Shown here: positions 40,782 through 52,883 of the stretch, one piece after another
Numbering within the stretch: position 1 is the stretch's first letter
Layout of the letters: the number at the start of each line of letters is the position of its first letter
Assembly: GCA_951406725.2 (NCBI GenBank)
Contig: OX597815.1
Span: forward strand, 28,272,001 to 28,336,000
Direction: 5' to 3'
Source: Octopus vulgaris
Taxonomy: Eukaryota
DNA: 64,000 nt
Translations under genes and position numbers: made by a program
The notes under the pieces: generated by a model
The model's database searches: none
The model's input: only the letters and a program-made list of their open reading frames with translations
Told to the model about the DNA's origin: nothing

Positions 40782-41190
40782 GGCGCAGGAGTGGCTGTGT
40801 GGTAAGTAGCCTGTCTACCAACCACATGGTTCCGGGTTCAGTCCCACTGCCTGGCACCTTGGGCAAGTGTCTTCTACTATAGCCTCGGGCCGACCAAAGC
40901 CTTGTGAGTGGATTTGGTAGACGGAAACTGAAAGAAGCCCGTCGTATATATGTATATATGTATGCGTGTGTGTGTTTGTGTGTCTGTGTTTGTCCCCATA
41001 GCATTGCTTGACAACCGATGCTGGTGTGTTTGTGTCCCCGTCACTTAGCGGTTCGGTAAAAGAGACCGATAGAATAAGTACTGGGCTTACAATAGAATAA
41101 GTTCCGGGGTCGAGTTGCTCGATTAAAGGCGGTGCTCCAGCATGGCCGCAGTCAAATGACTGAAACAAGTAAAAGAGTAAAAGAGAAAAG
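40782..41190 (+). mobile_element. SINE family A, full length
   Basis: Near-consensus copy. Confidence 0.93.
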
Positions 41191-43318
41191 AGAGACTCGA
41201 CCTATGAAATATCAAAGAAATAAAAGAATCATTCGGTGACCAGCTGAATGTACTATCATGGTTTTTGATCCACTGCAAGTAACAAAGCCGAATTGATGAT
41301 GTTGTAGCAGATTTGAAACAAACCGAATAGCTGGAAAGCCGGGTAGAAATCATGGCTTAGCCACAGTCGTTTCATGTGATCGGCCAATTAACTGACCTAT
41401 CAGCGTCAAACCGTCGCGCAATTCAACAATCTAGAAACTTCTCTTTGTGACTTATATAAAGCCGCTTTTTGCATCGAAACTCTTTACAGAGTGTTGAGAC
41501 TGGACGATTCATTCACACGTCTTACCTCTTGCTATAAAAGGTTGAGGCAGCTGCTTTAATATATCCGTTCTCATGGCAGTCTAGAAGACACAAATGTTAC
41601 CGCCACGAATATAGCGCGATTATTTTCCACTTGTACTGGGCCGCTCACAATGTGATACGGACCAGTTAGTTTGTCGTAGGGCCCAGTTATATGTCTCTCC
41701 CCGTGTGTACATGTCGTTGTTATTTCTCATCCAAAGACCAATACAGAAAACATTATGTGCCGTGAATAAAGCTTCTGTTAATTGTTCGTGAATGTTGTTG
41801 ATCATTTTTACACGCAGCCCTCGAAAGACGTTTTCATTCTCCATTAGCATCAAATACACAAACAACCCCTCACGACACTGGTGATACTCGACAAAGCCAC
41901 CAAGCACAACACCAAACTCTCGACATTGCTGACCCTCAACATTGGTCCCAACAATCCCCCCCAGAAGTGTCATTACAATTAATTCAAAAGAGTAGCGGAA
42001 AGCTGAGAACGTAACTAACGACGTTATAGAAGGTATCGAGTCCTTACACAGAAAAACGATTATAGTTATCATTAGTTTTTGATTCGGAATACTCACGGGG
42101 AGGGGAAACTTACTCAGATGCTAGGGGTTTCGTGTGAAACACTTTCAAAATGAATTCAGTTTCTTTTGGTATCTTAGTTAGGAAAAGGAATCAAAATAAT
42201 ATTCAGCAAAACTCTGTTCAATTAAAAATTTTTTCAATTTGTGGCGACATTCACTCTGGGCGGGTTGAGTTGGCTTCTTCTACCACCCTCGAGGCATCTC
42301 GAACCATGGCAGTGGAAGAAGTTTCGTGGGAATATGAATTTCACAAGCGGTCCCCAACAATCCCGCATGTAGAGACATCCTGTTTGCCGCAGATTGTCCG
42401 CATATGCAGGGACAGAACGACCGAGGAGCCGCCGGTTGCCGAAACAGACACTCCGAGGATTTTCACCAGAGCCCCGTCTGCCGCGTTGTGGCCCTAATAC
42501 CACTCGGTGTCAGACCAATCTGCCTTGGGTGGCCCTACCAGGAACCGAAGTTCCCGACGGCATAGCTCTGACACTACCCGTTGCCAGCGTCCCCACCACG
42601 GTGAGGAAGGGGGTTGACTTTGGGGACGCAAGTAAAACTCTGTTGATGTAACAGGATCACAATATATAAACTTGAAAAGTGGTAGACCCAATCGGTTGAT
42701 AAAATCGCAATGTGAAATACCGTAGAAATATATGTGCGTATGCAGATGTAGGATATCTGTTTTGATGCATGCATACACATGAAGGCAAATACAAATGCTC
42801 ATATACACAAAAACACACTCCACAGTAGCATGTAAATAAACATATGTATGTGTGGATAGGGGTGTTGTAGAAATATACTGGACGGTGTGACACTTAACCA
42901 AAACTTTGGGCTCTGCAGAAAGCTCCACATTCCACTCTCATATCCACTGCAGTCAGAGGAAGGCTATTAAACTTCCGGATAATATAGTGTGCAAAATTCG
43001 CGTCATGTTATAGTAATCATAAGCACAGAAAGTATAATTGGTATTTTATGATTTATAAAGCATACAAGTGTTTCAGTAAATCAACTGTCATTATATAATG
43101 CAGAACAATTAACGAGATGGCGTAATACACTCAATGTACCTCTTCGGCGTTCATCGGGAAAATACTTACCTACCTACTGACACACGCGCGCGCACACACA
43201 AACACACATATTTATGTGTGTACATACACAAGCACACACATGTATACGCATTACGTGCACGCATTTATAGACGGTACGACTATGTACGTGTAAACAGCAT
43301 ACACTTACACACATACCC

Positions 43319-44326
43319 ATTTCTACTCTAGGCACAAGGCCCGAAATTTTTGGGGAGGGGAGCCAGTCGATTAGATCGATCCCAGTATGCAACTGGTACT
43401 TAATTTATCGACCCCGAAAGGATGAAAAGCAAAATCAACCTCGGCGGAATTTGAACTCAGAATGTAACGGCAAACGAACTACCTATTTTTTTTATTGCTC
43501 ACAAGGGGCTAAACATAGAGGGGACAAACAAGGACAAACAAACGGACTAAGTCGATAATATCGATCCCCAGTGCGTAACTGGTACTTATTTACTCGACCC
43601 CGAAAGGATGAAAGGTAAAGTCGACCTCGGCAGAATTTGAACTCAGAACGTAGTGGCAGACAAAATACCTATTTCTATTTCTTTACTACCCACAAGGGGC
43701 TAAACACAGAGAAGACAAATAAGGACAGACATAGGTATTAAGTCGATTATATCGGCCCCAGTGCGTAACTGGTCCTTAATTTATCGACCCCGAAAGGATG
43801 AAAGGCAAAGTCGACCTTGGCGGAATTTGAACTTAGAACGTAATGGCAAACGAAATACCTATTTCTTTATTGCCCACAAGGGGCTACACACAGAAGGGAC
43901 AAACAAGGACAGACAAACAGATTAAGTCGATTACATCGACCCCAGTGCGTAACTGGTATTTATTTAATCGACCCCGAAAGGATGAAAGGCAAAGTCGACC
44001 TTGGCGAAATTTGAACTCAGAACGTAGCGGCAGACGAAATACCGCTAAGCATTTTGACCGACATGCTAACGTTTCTGCCAGCTTGCCGCCTTTCAATTTT
44101 TTATTGCCCACAAGGGGCTAAACATAGAGGGGTCAAACAAGGACAGACATAGGTATTAAGTCGATTATATCGACCCCAGTGCGTAACTAGTACTTATTTA
44201 ATCGACCCCGAAAGGATGAAAGGCAAAGTCGACCACGGCGGAATTTGAACTCAGAACGTAGCGGCAGACGAAATACTGCTAAGCATTTCGACCGGCGTGC
44301 TAACGATTCTGCCAGCTCGTCGCCTT
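43319..44326 (-). mobile_element. SINE family B five-unit concatemer with one 14-bp TSD
   Basis: TSD TTACACACATACCC at 43305-43318 and 44327-44340. Two headed and three headless units. Confidence 0.9.
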
Positions 44327-44505
44327 TTACACACATACCCTTACGTACGTTTACAGGCGCATTCATACAATCTTACGCACACACGTGCATAAACGTGTAC
44401 ATGGGCATGCGCAAGCGCACGCTTATTATAAGCTACATGAAAATATGAGTATCTCCAAACATACCGGTATCTATGTTAAAAGAATAAAAGCTTAATAAAC
44501 TTTAG

Positions 44506-44935
44506 GGCGATCTTTCGTCTCTAGTAGACCATTCCGTCGATTTCCGTAAAAAATTTTTTTTTTTTACATATGGGCTTGCGGGAACTTTTGAAGTAATATA
44601 CATACATATACACATACACCGAGTAAAAATTTTCACTTATCTCTTTCTTTCACACATTACTCTCTCTGTCTCTTCACACACACTAACAGAAGCACTTCAC
44701 TTACACAACATACTGTCTGTCTCCCACACCCCATCAAACACACACACGCACACATGTACATCAATGCTCCCCATGCACGGTAACTTCAAAAGAATTTCCC
44801 TCGTCATACAATCGCTTTCTCTTAGTCTCTTTCGCTCTCATTACTTCAAAAGTTCCCGCAAGCCCATATGTAAAAAAAAAAAAAAATTTTTTTACGGAAA
44901 TCGACGGAAAGGTCTACTAGAGACGAAAGATTGCC
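44506..44935. mobile_element. MITE with ~90-bp TIRs and 8-bp TSD, Merlin-like termini
   Basis: GGCGATCTTTCGTCTCTAGTAGACC... / ...GGTCTACTAGAGACGAAAGATTGCC. TSD AACTTTAG at 44498-44505 and 44936-44943. Confidence 0.88.
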
Positions 44936-45368
44936 AACTTTAGGATAATAAAAATAGTTAGAAATCGAAACGGAAAAGTTACAAATAGTAAAGGAAGCAA
45001 CGAAGAAGGAAAGAAATTTTTTTAAAAAAATTAAAGAAAGAGAAAGGGAAAAAATAAGGCGCTTGTAAGTATGGGAGGCGTTCTGAGCTTATGTTAAGAT
45101 TTGAGATGTAGGGAGGGAAAAGTTGGTAGGGTGTGTAGTGGTGGAAAGTGTAATGATGATAGAGGTGAGAGGGGATGGAGAGGCGAGAGAGAGAGAGAGA
45201 GAGCGGGGAAATAGTTGTATTAATGAATATGAGTTAGAGAATGTAATGGGAGTTACTAAGGGTATTGAGACAGTTGAAGGAGGTTAATATAGAAAGAAAG
45301 GAAAGGAGGCTGCAGGGGGAAATGACGTATACGTGTGTGCGTGCGTGCGTGGGTGGGTGTGCGCGCGC

Positions 45369-45402
<34 letters not shown>

Positions 45403-45789
45403 GTAAAATATTTTTTTTTTTTTTTTTTTTTAAGTATTTTTAAGTATTTTTTTAAGAATATTTCTGAGATTAAGAATATGGGAAAAATCAAGTACACGAA
45501 TAGTTGGGATGAGGGAGTGGAGTCGAGGTGGGGGGAAAATAAAATAATGAAAAAAAAAAAAAAAAAAAAAACTAGAAGGAAAAATGAGGAGAAACTGATA
45601 AGGAACCTCATCAACAATCCATTAATAATGCAATATGTTTTTGTTAAACATTATTATGGATTCCTTTCCACGCTTACTCTGTGGTTGTATATCTAGAATA
45701 TTTCTTCAAAATTGCTAAGGGTGGTATGTTTACTTGTTTGTGTAGACGTACGCGTACAGGTATATACACAACTATTTGTATACACACAT

Positions 45790-45908
45790 AGGCGCAGGTG
45801 TAGCTGTGTGATAAGAAAATTGCCTCTCAACCACATGGTTCCCGATTCAGTCTGGTCGACAGAAGCCTTGTGAGTGGATTTGGTAGACGGAAACTGAAAG
45901 AAGCCCGC

Positions 45909-45983
<75 letters not shown>

Positions 45984-46012
45984 GCGCACACACACACATA
46001 CATACATACACA

Positions 46013-46058
<46 letters not shown>

Positions 46059-46157
46059 CACAAATAATATTTACTGTATCTCAGTCTTTTATACGCTAGG
46101 CCACTGGTGTTTAAATTGATGTAATTAAATTAATATCCAATTTTTCCCCCCTCATTT

Positions 46158-46245
<88 letters not shown>

Positions 46246-46647
46246 CTGCTGTGTCTGGAGAGAGTCATTTTCTTTTTGTGCCTTATAATGTAACACACTC
46301 ACCGGTAAAATTTCCACTTATTTCTTATTTTCATTTCCTTATTTTTATTTTCCTGTGTGTTACATTATAAGGCACAAAAAGAAAATGACTCTCCCCTGAC
46401 ACAACAGAATATGCTTCAACACACGAACTCATATAAAGAATCTTGCAAACCAAATCCAAAAACGATATATATATATATATATATATATAGTCAATGATAA
46501 TAAGGGTAAAATTAATTAATTAGTAATTAATAATTTTACCAAGCAGTGTTCAGTATGTAAAAGGACCATTTACGGTATATTTAAACATTACTTTATATAA
46601 TTAGGGTTCAGCGAAAAAGTTTTTTTGCTGAACCCTAATTATATAAA

Positions 46648-46698
<51 letters not shown>

Positions 46699-46926
46699 TA
46701 CATACACATATATATGTGTGTGTATGTGTCTTTGTACCCCTACCGCTTGACAACCGGTGTTGATGTGTTTACGTTATCGTAACTTAGCAGTTCGTCAAAA
46801 GAGTCGATAAAATAAGTACTAGGTTTCGAAATGTCCTGGAGGTCGATTAGTTCGACTAAAACCCTTCAAGGCAGTGCTCCAACATGACCGCAGTCAACTG
46901 ACTGAAACAAGTAAAAGAATAAAAAG
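45790..46926 (+). mobile_element. SINE family A split at its internal microsatellite by nested inserts
   Basis: 5' half at 45790-45912 and 3' half resuming at ~46720, with TA-flanked inserts between. Confidence 0.72.
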
Positions 46927-47092
46927 ACACATTCAGTTGTTTGTGTAGGTGCGTGCACGTGTGCGTGCGTAATTTAACCCAGGTGTGTGTGTGTGTGTGT
47001 GTGATTTAATTGAATTGAGTTTGTGCGCGTACCAATAAGATTAAAAGAACTGAAATCTGACTAAAGTGAGAAGTTAAGTTTGGTATTGGGGA

Positions 47093-47684
47093 GCTGGCAG
47101 AAACGTTAGCACGCCGGGCGAAATGTTTAGCGATATTTCGCCTGCCGTTACGTCCTGAGTTCAAATTCCGCCGAGGTCGACTTTGCCTTTCATCCTTTCG
47201 AGGTCGATAAATTAAGTACCAGTTACGCACCGGGGTCGATATAATCGACTTAATACCTATGTCTGTTCTTGTTTGTCCCTTCTATGTTTAGCCCCTTGTG
47301 GGTAATAAAGAAATAGGTATTTCGTCTGCTGCTACGTTCTGAGTTCAAATTTCGCCGAGGTCGACTTTGCCTTTCATCCTTTCGGGGGTCGATTAAATAA
47401 ATACCAGTTACGCACTGGGGTCGATATAATCGATTTAATCCGTTTGTCTGTCCTTGTTTGTCCCCTCTGTGTGTAGCCCCTTGTGGGTAGTAAAGAAATA
47501 GGTATTTTGTCTGCCGTTACGTTCTGAGTTCAAATTCCGCCGAGGTCGACTTTGCTTTTCATCCTTTCGGGGTCGATTAAATAAGTACCAGTTACGCACT
47601 GGGGTCGATATAATCGGCTTAATCCGTTTCTCTGTCCTTGTTTGTCCCCTCTGTGATTAGCCCCTTGTGGATAGAAAAGAAATA
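47093..47684 (+). mobile_element. SINE family B trimer
   Basis: One headed and two headless units, flanked by GGTATTGGGGA at 47082-47092 and 47685-47695. Confidence 0.9.
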
Positions 47685-48117
47685 GGTATTGGGGAAGTTC
47701 AGTAGGTCGAAGGTGACCTTCAGTTTCATCCCCCGGTCCATCAGACAGTGATATGTTTTTGTAGAGATATTTTGTCCATTATAGGTAATAATATTCTATG
47801 AAGAATATCATGATTCATTTTTTAATTCTGGGAAGTTGTTTTGGCAACTTGTTTGACTTGGCCTTCTGCAGCTTTATGGCGAGCTGGTTAATTGGAAAAG
47901 ATGTATAGTTGTTGGTTGATGTAAGTGTACGTGCACGTGCTTGAGTGTGTGGTTTGAGTGTGTGTGTGTGTGTGTGTGTAAGGATGTGTGGTGGTGGTGG
48001 TGAGGATTACTCAGTTGTTCCGAAATACACATATACATAGGCAAATACTCATATACTCATGCAAACACTAAAACATAGGCAAACAGTGAAGAGGAGACAT
48101 AAATAAGCATAATTTGT

Positions 48118-48514
48118 ATGCTCAGGTGTGGTTGCGCGGTAAGAAGTTCACTTCTCAACCATATGGTTCTGGGTTCAAGTGCCACTTCATGGCACCTTGG
48201 GCACTTATCTTCTAATATAGTCCCGGGCCAACCAAAGCCTTGCGAGTGGATTTATTAGACGGAAATTGAAGGAGCTCTTGCATATGCTAATGAGTGTGTG
48301 TGTGTGTCATTGTGTTCCTCTCCCACTGCTTGACAAACGGTGTCGACTTGTTTATGCTCCAGTAACTTAGCAGTTCGGCAAAAGAGGCCGATAGGATATG
48401 TAGCAGGCTTTAAAAGAAAATAAGTACTGGGGTCGATACGTTCGAGTAAACCAGTGGATTACGTCACCTTTTTATTCATTCGGAGTTCGGCATTTCTGCA
48501 CCTTTGATCGTGAA

Positions 48515-48548
<34 letters not shown>

Positions 48549-48875
48549 CGGGCTTCTTTCACCTTCCGCCTACCAAATCCACTCACAAAGCTTTATATCT
48601 AGAATATTTCTTGTTTCTCTCCTTGTTTTTTCTGTGTCCCTTTCTGTAGAAGAGCGTAGGCTCGAAACGTAAAAGACTTTTTATTATTATTCCTGAGCGT
48701 TATACTAATACATCTGTTTGTTTTGTACACCACGTGACTTCATCTTTTTTTTTTTTTTTTCGTAAACTCTCCCTATAGTAGAAGACACTTGCCTAAAGTG
48801 CCACTCAGCGGGAATGAACCCAGAACCATGTGGCTGTGAAGCAAGCTTCTAACCACACAGCCACGCCTGTGCCTA
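48118..48875. mobile_element. Two opposed family A SINEs (48118-48450 +, ~48515-48875 -); the second contains a nested Penelope-like end
   Basis: Family A motifs on both strands. The insert at 48594-48773 is homologous to 8092-8230. Confidence 0.8.
48640..48675 (+). ncRNA. Hammerhead-like motif with variant core (CUGUAGA)
   Basis: CTTT-CTGTAGA-AGAGC-GTAG-GCTC-GAAA-CG-TA-AAAG. Confidence 0.58.
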
Positions 48876-49292
48876 TGCGGGCTTTTTCTTTTTCTTTGGT
48901 AAATTGCTGAAGATGTGGGAGATACATACCACACTGGCTCAATTGACATTCATTTTGTATCAGAAGATGGCTGCTTAGAGGCATCCTAATCTCTTTTATT
49001 GATGAAGTGTTTGTTTGGTAGCTATCTCCTGTTCATGAACAGCAAAGGCACAGCCATTCTGGTGAGATGTGATGCATCTAGCGCAGGTCTAGCAGAGGCT
49101 GCTCTTATTATTAATGATTTTGGTATGTATGTATGTATGTATGTATGTTTAAGAGATAATGGTGTCATTGAGACCCAAAGGTGTCAGGTAATGCTGAATA
49201 AGTGCTATAGACAGACCATAGTTAAGTTCCAAATTCGGTAATATTGCGAATAAAGGATTCAACGTTGGTTCTATGTCAGCGTGTGTGTATAT

Positions 49293-49793
49293 ATGAATTT
49301 TTTGTGTAATGACATAAAAAAATCAAGGCTGTATAGATATTAGAGCATTTATAGATAGAAGGTCTTACAGCTGTTTCTAGGATATTAATTAATAATATCT
49401 CTTCATCGGAGACGGTGTGAGAGGAAAAATTATTTCATAGTTAGTTTCGATGTGATACAAAATAGAGAGTGAGGTGGAGGAAAGAAAATAGATGAAAGAT
49501 AAGTATGGTTATTGAGTTCATAAATCCGTTTTATAGGCATAATGGTATATAAGTGTAATATTCCAATATCCTTTGAGTAAAATCCCAAAGTCCAACAGAG
49601 TTTAATATGAGTCCATCCAGATGTAAAGTTTATAAGCAATGTAAGATTCTCTTAATGTTGGTCAATCCCAGTAGGGAATTTATATAGAATGTAGCAGATT
49701 CAAGGTTTGTTTTTAAAGTATTTTTAGAGTATTTCGGAAATTAATATCTATACAGCCTTGGTTTTTTTTTATCTCATTACGCAAAAAATTCAT
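49293..49793 (-). mobile_element. Penelope-like short element with ~50-bp inverted termini and a hammerhead motif
   Basis: 49293-49342 is the reverse complement of 49742-49793. Microsatellite-flanked. Confidence 0.75.
49362..49413 (-). ncRNA. Minimal type I hammerhead motif, core CCGAUGA
   Basis: GTCT-CCGATGA-AGAGATATT-ATTAATT-AATATCCTA-GAAAC-AGCT-GTA-AGAC. Helix I GTCT/AGAC, palindromic helix III. Confidence 0.72.
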
Positions 49794-49820
49794 ATGTATG
49801 TGTGTATGTATGTATGTATT

Positions 49821-49854
<34 letters not shown>

Positions 49855-50269
49855 TGTATGTATGTATGTATGTATGTATGTATGTACGTATGTATGTATG
49901 TATGTATGTATGTACCGCACGTACCTATGTATGTGTGTGTGCATATGTTTGTATGTATGTAGGTATGTATGTGTGTATGTATGTATGTATGTACACACGT
50001 ACCTATGTATGTGTGTGTGCATATGGTTGTAGGTATGTATGTGTGTGTGTTTAAGTATGTATGTATGCACGTATGTATGCACATGTGCGTGTATGTATGT
50101 CTACGTATATATCGTATGTGTTGTATACTTGTGCGTGCGTGTGTGCGTGTGTGTGTGTATTTGTGTATATGTATGCATATGTGCATGTATGTGTCTATGT
50201 ATGTATGGTGAATGCATATGTGTTCTTTGTATGTATGTATGTATGTATGTATGTATGTATGTATGTATG

Positions 50270-50597
50270 GACTCAAGAGTCATCTTTATAGTCATAAAGC
50301 GAGACAGATGTGACAACCTGGCCACTGGTGGTGGTGTGACACACCATGCTAATCATATCTGTCAGGCATGTGGAAGAGAGTGTAATTCGGCAGGAGGACT
50401 TAAACGACATGCAAAGCTACATGAAGCCCAGTTAGAACTACAGCCGGCTGTTACCAGTAAAGGTTTTAGTTGCCAATTTTGTACAAGACATTGTAGATCT
50501 TTAGCTGGGCTAAAAAGTCACATTCGATCACAGCACCAATGACAGTTAAGCTTCGTGCAATGGCCATACTCGATAACGGGGGGGCAGCCATAATAAT
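50270..50597 (+). mobile_element. LINE 3' end (RTE-like) with two C2H2-type zinc-finger motifs, inserted in (TATG)n
   Basis: CQACGRECNSAGGLKRH and CQFCTRHCRSLAGLKSH followed by a stop and a short 3'UTR GCCATACTCGATAACGGGGGGCAGCCAT. Confidence 0.72.
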
Positions 50598-50870
50598 GTA
50601 TGTATGTATGTATGTATGTATGTATGTATGTATGTATGTATGTATGTATGTATGTATGTATGTATGTTATTCTAACACCTAGAAAATTGAACTAGACCTA
50701 AAAATCTCGTGTATCGCCGAAAGGCTACAAGAGTATTAGTGTGAGGTAAATGAGGTTTTAAAGTGAGAAAGGAGAGTGATGTTAAAGGATATGGAAAACT
50801 CCGAAATTCGAAAAGGAGTAGTAGAAGGAGACGCAGAAACAGTAGCTCTAGGCAGTAGTTCGGCCAACTA

Positions 50871-51265
50871 TGTGGAGGCGCAATGACTCAGTGGTTAGGG
50901 CAGCGGACTCGCGGTCATAGGATCGCGGTTTCGATTCCCAGACCGGGCGTTGTGAGTGTTTATTGAGCGAAAACACCTAAAAAGCTCCACGAGGCTCCGG
51001 CAGGGGATGGTGGTGATCCCTGCTGTACTCTTTCACCACAACTTTCTCTCACTCTCACTCTTACTTCCTGTTTCTGTTGTACCTGTATTTCAAAGGGCTG
51101 GCCTTGTCACTCTCTGTGTCACGCTGAATATCCCCGAGAACTACGTTAAGAGTGCACGAGTCTGTGGTGTGCTCAGCCACTTACACGTTAATTTCACCAG
51201 CAGGCTGTTCCGTTAATTCGGATCAACCGGAACCCTCATCGTCGTAACCGACGGAGTGCTTCCAC
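50871..51265 (+). mobile_element. SINE family C, full length, 14-bp TSD
   Basis: TSD AGTTCGGCCAACTA at 50857-50870 and 51266-51279. tRNA-like A and B boxes. Confidence 0.93.
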
Positions 51266-51311
51266 AGTTCGGCCAACTAGCCGTGTATATATGAAAAGAA
51301 ATATTCATATA

Positions 51312-51526
51312 CAAGGGGTGCTGAAAAGTTCGAGGCTTCGGGTAAAAGAAAATACAGGAGGATCACTTAATCATGATTTTATTCAGCATATTTCCCTCTC
51401 AGATTCACACACTTATTGTAGCGATCCTTCAGTTTTTCTAAGCCCAGTAAAAGAACTCGGAAGGTTGGCCTGCTACCAGGCCTTTCGTGATACCCTCGAA
51501 GCCAGAAACTCTTCAGCGACCCCTCG
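51312..51526. mobile_element. mariner-type MITE, same family as 31255-31710
   Basis: TA-CAAGGGGTGCTGAAAAGTTC ... AACTCTTCAGCGACCCCTCG. Confidence 0.8.
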
Positions 51527-51553
51527 TGCATATGCTTACACACATACACACAT

Positions 51554-51928
51554 ACGCCGTGGTGATCTCATTCTCGCTCACAACATCGTAAGCGGAAAGT
51601 GTAACCTCTCGAAAGAGCTGTTCTTCACTCCTGCTCCAGAGCGTCGGCTGCGGGGTTACTCCGAAAAGCCCTATCTACGACGATTTCATCTCAATCGAAG
51701 GAGAGGGGCTTTCTCCGTCCGGGTTGCGGATCCGTGGAATAAGCTGCCGGACGAGATAGTGAAGATGCCGACGACCGCTCGGTTCAAAGTCTCTTTTGAC
51801 CGGAAATGGTCTGAACTCTTTGTATGACCATCCTCCCCGTACATAACTCCCTGTCCCCCTACATGGCCTTGCTTTTGCTTTTTGAGCCAATAAACATTAA
51901 ATTAAATAAATTAAAAATTAAAAATAAA
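51554..51928 (+). mobile_element. CR1-group LINE 3' end (second family)
   Basis: RRGDLI...RLRG...RRGAFSVRVADPWNKLPDEIV...FK..D followed by an AATTAA-type tail. Confidence 0.88.
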
Positions 51929-52244
51929 TACGCTGTGACATACAGGATACTCACATGTGCAGATATGCACATAAACGGATACTCATGCACACATATAAAT
52001 ATGCTCACTCATGCACTCTTGCAGATAGATACACTCCGCTCTCTCTCTCTCACAAACACGAATGCATACACATATGTACGTATATACTAACCGAAGTACC
52101 CGGTGTTGCCTGAGTAAAACCTCAGGGATTAACGTTCTGGTGCAGCAACGAACGCATAACTATCTGCATGAACTCCCCGCCCCCCATTTTACAGAAATTG
52201 TGAGCTGCACCAATGCGTTTCAGGCTCATCATCCCCTGTAATAT

Positions 52245-52627
52245 AGGTGCAAGTGTGGGTGTGTGGTAAAAGGTTTGCTTCTCAACCACATGGTTTCGGG
52301 TTCAGTTCCACTGCGTGGCACCTTGAGCAAGTGTCTTCTACTATAGCCCTGGGTCGACTAAAGCCTTGTGAGTGGATTTGGTAGCTGGAAACGGAAAGAA
52401 ACCTGTCGTATATACGTGTGTGTGCGTGTGTGTGTGTACGTGTATGTCACCCATCACCGCTTGACAACCAGCGTTGGTGTGCTTACGTTTCCGTAACTTA
52501 GCAGTTCTGCAGAATAAGTACCAAAATGCCTAAGTACTGGAGTCCATTCATTTGACTAAAAATTCTTGAAGATGGGGCTCTAACACGACTGCAGTCTATT
52601 GACTGAAACAAGTAAAAGATGAAAGAA

Positions 52628-52628
<1 letters not shown>
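52245..52628 (+). mobile_element. SINE family A, diverged, followed by (TATC)n
   Basis: Family A motifs. Confidence 0.85.
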
Positions 52629-52714
<86 letters not shown>

Positions 52715-52739
52715 ATATATATATATATATATATATTGT

Positions 52740-52883
52740 TAATCCAAACATGAAAACACAAAGAGAAAACACAACAACGCGAGGACGTGGAACAAGTATA
52801 GTGTTATTGGACGCTCAGGAAAGGAAAGATCCAAAGAAGAGAAGACGGAGGAAAAAATCGCCAACGATACACACGCAGTCACA
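52740..52883 (-). mobile_element. Family E element with the hammerhead segment deleted
   Basis: Both ends match 7569-7775. The region between the CTTTCC repeats is missing. Confidence 0.75.

Noticed and set aside
43319-44326. Hammerhead within SINE B tandem units (retrozyme interpretation)
   Set aside because: I found no CUGANGA...GAAA core on either strand of the unit, so concatemer formation needs another explanation.
50874-50950. Functional tRNA genes here and at 30473 and 38460-38537
   Set aside because: They continue into SINE bodies (family C copies have TSDs) and lack a proper acceptor stem.
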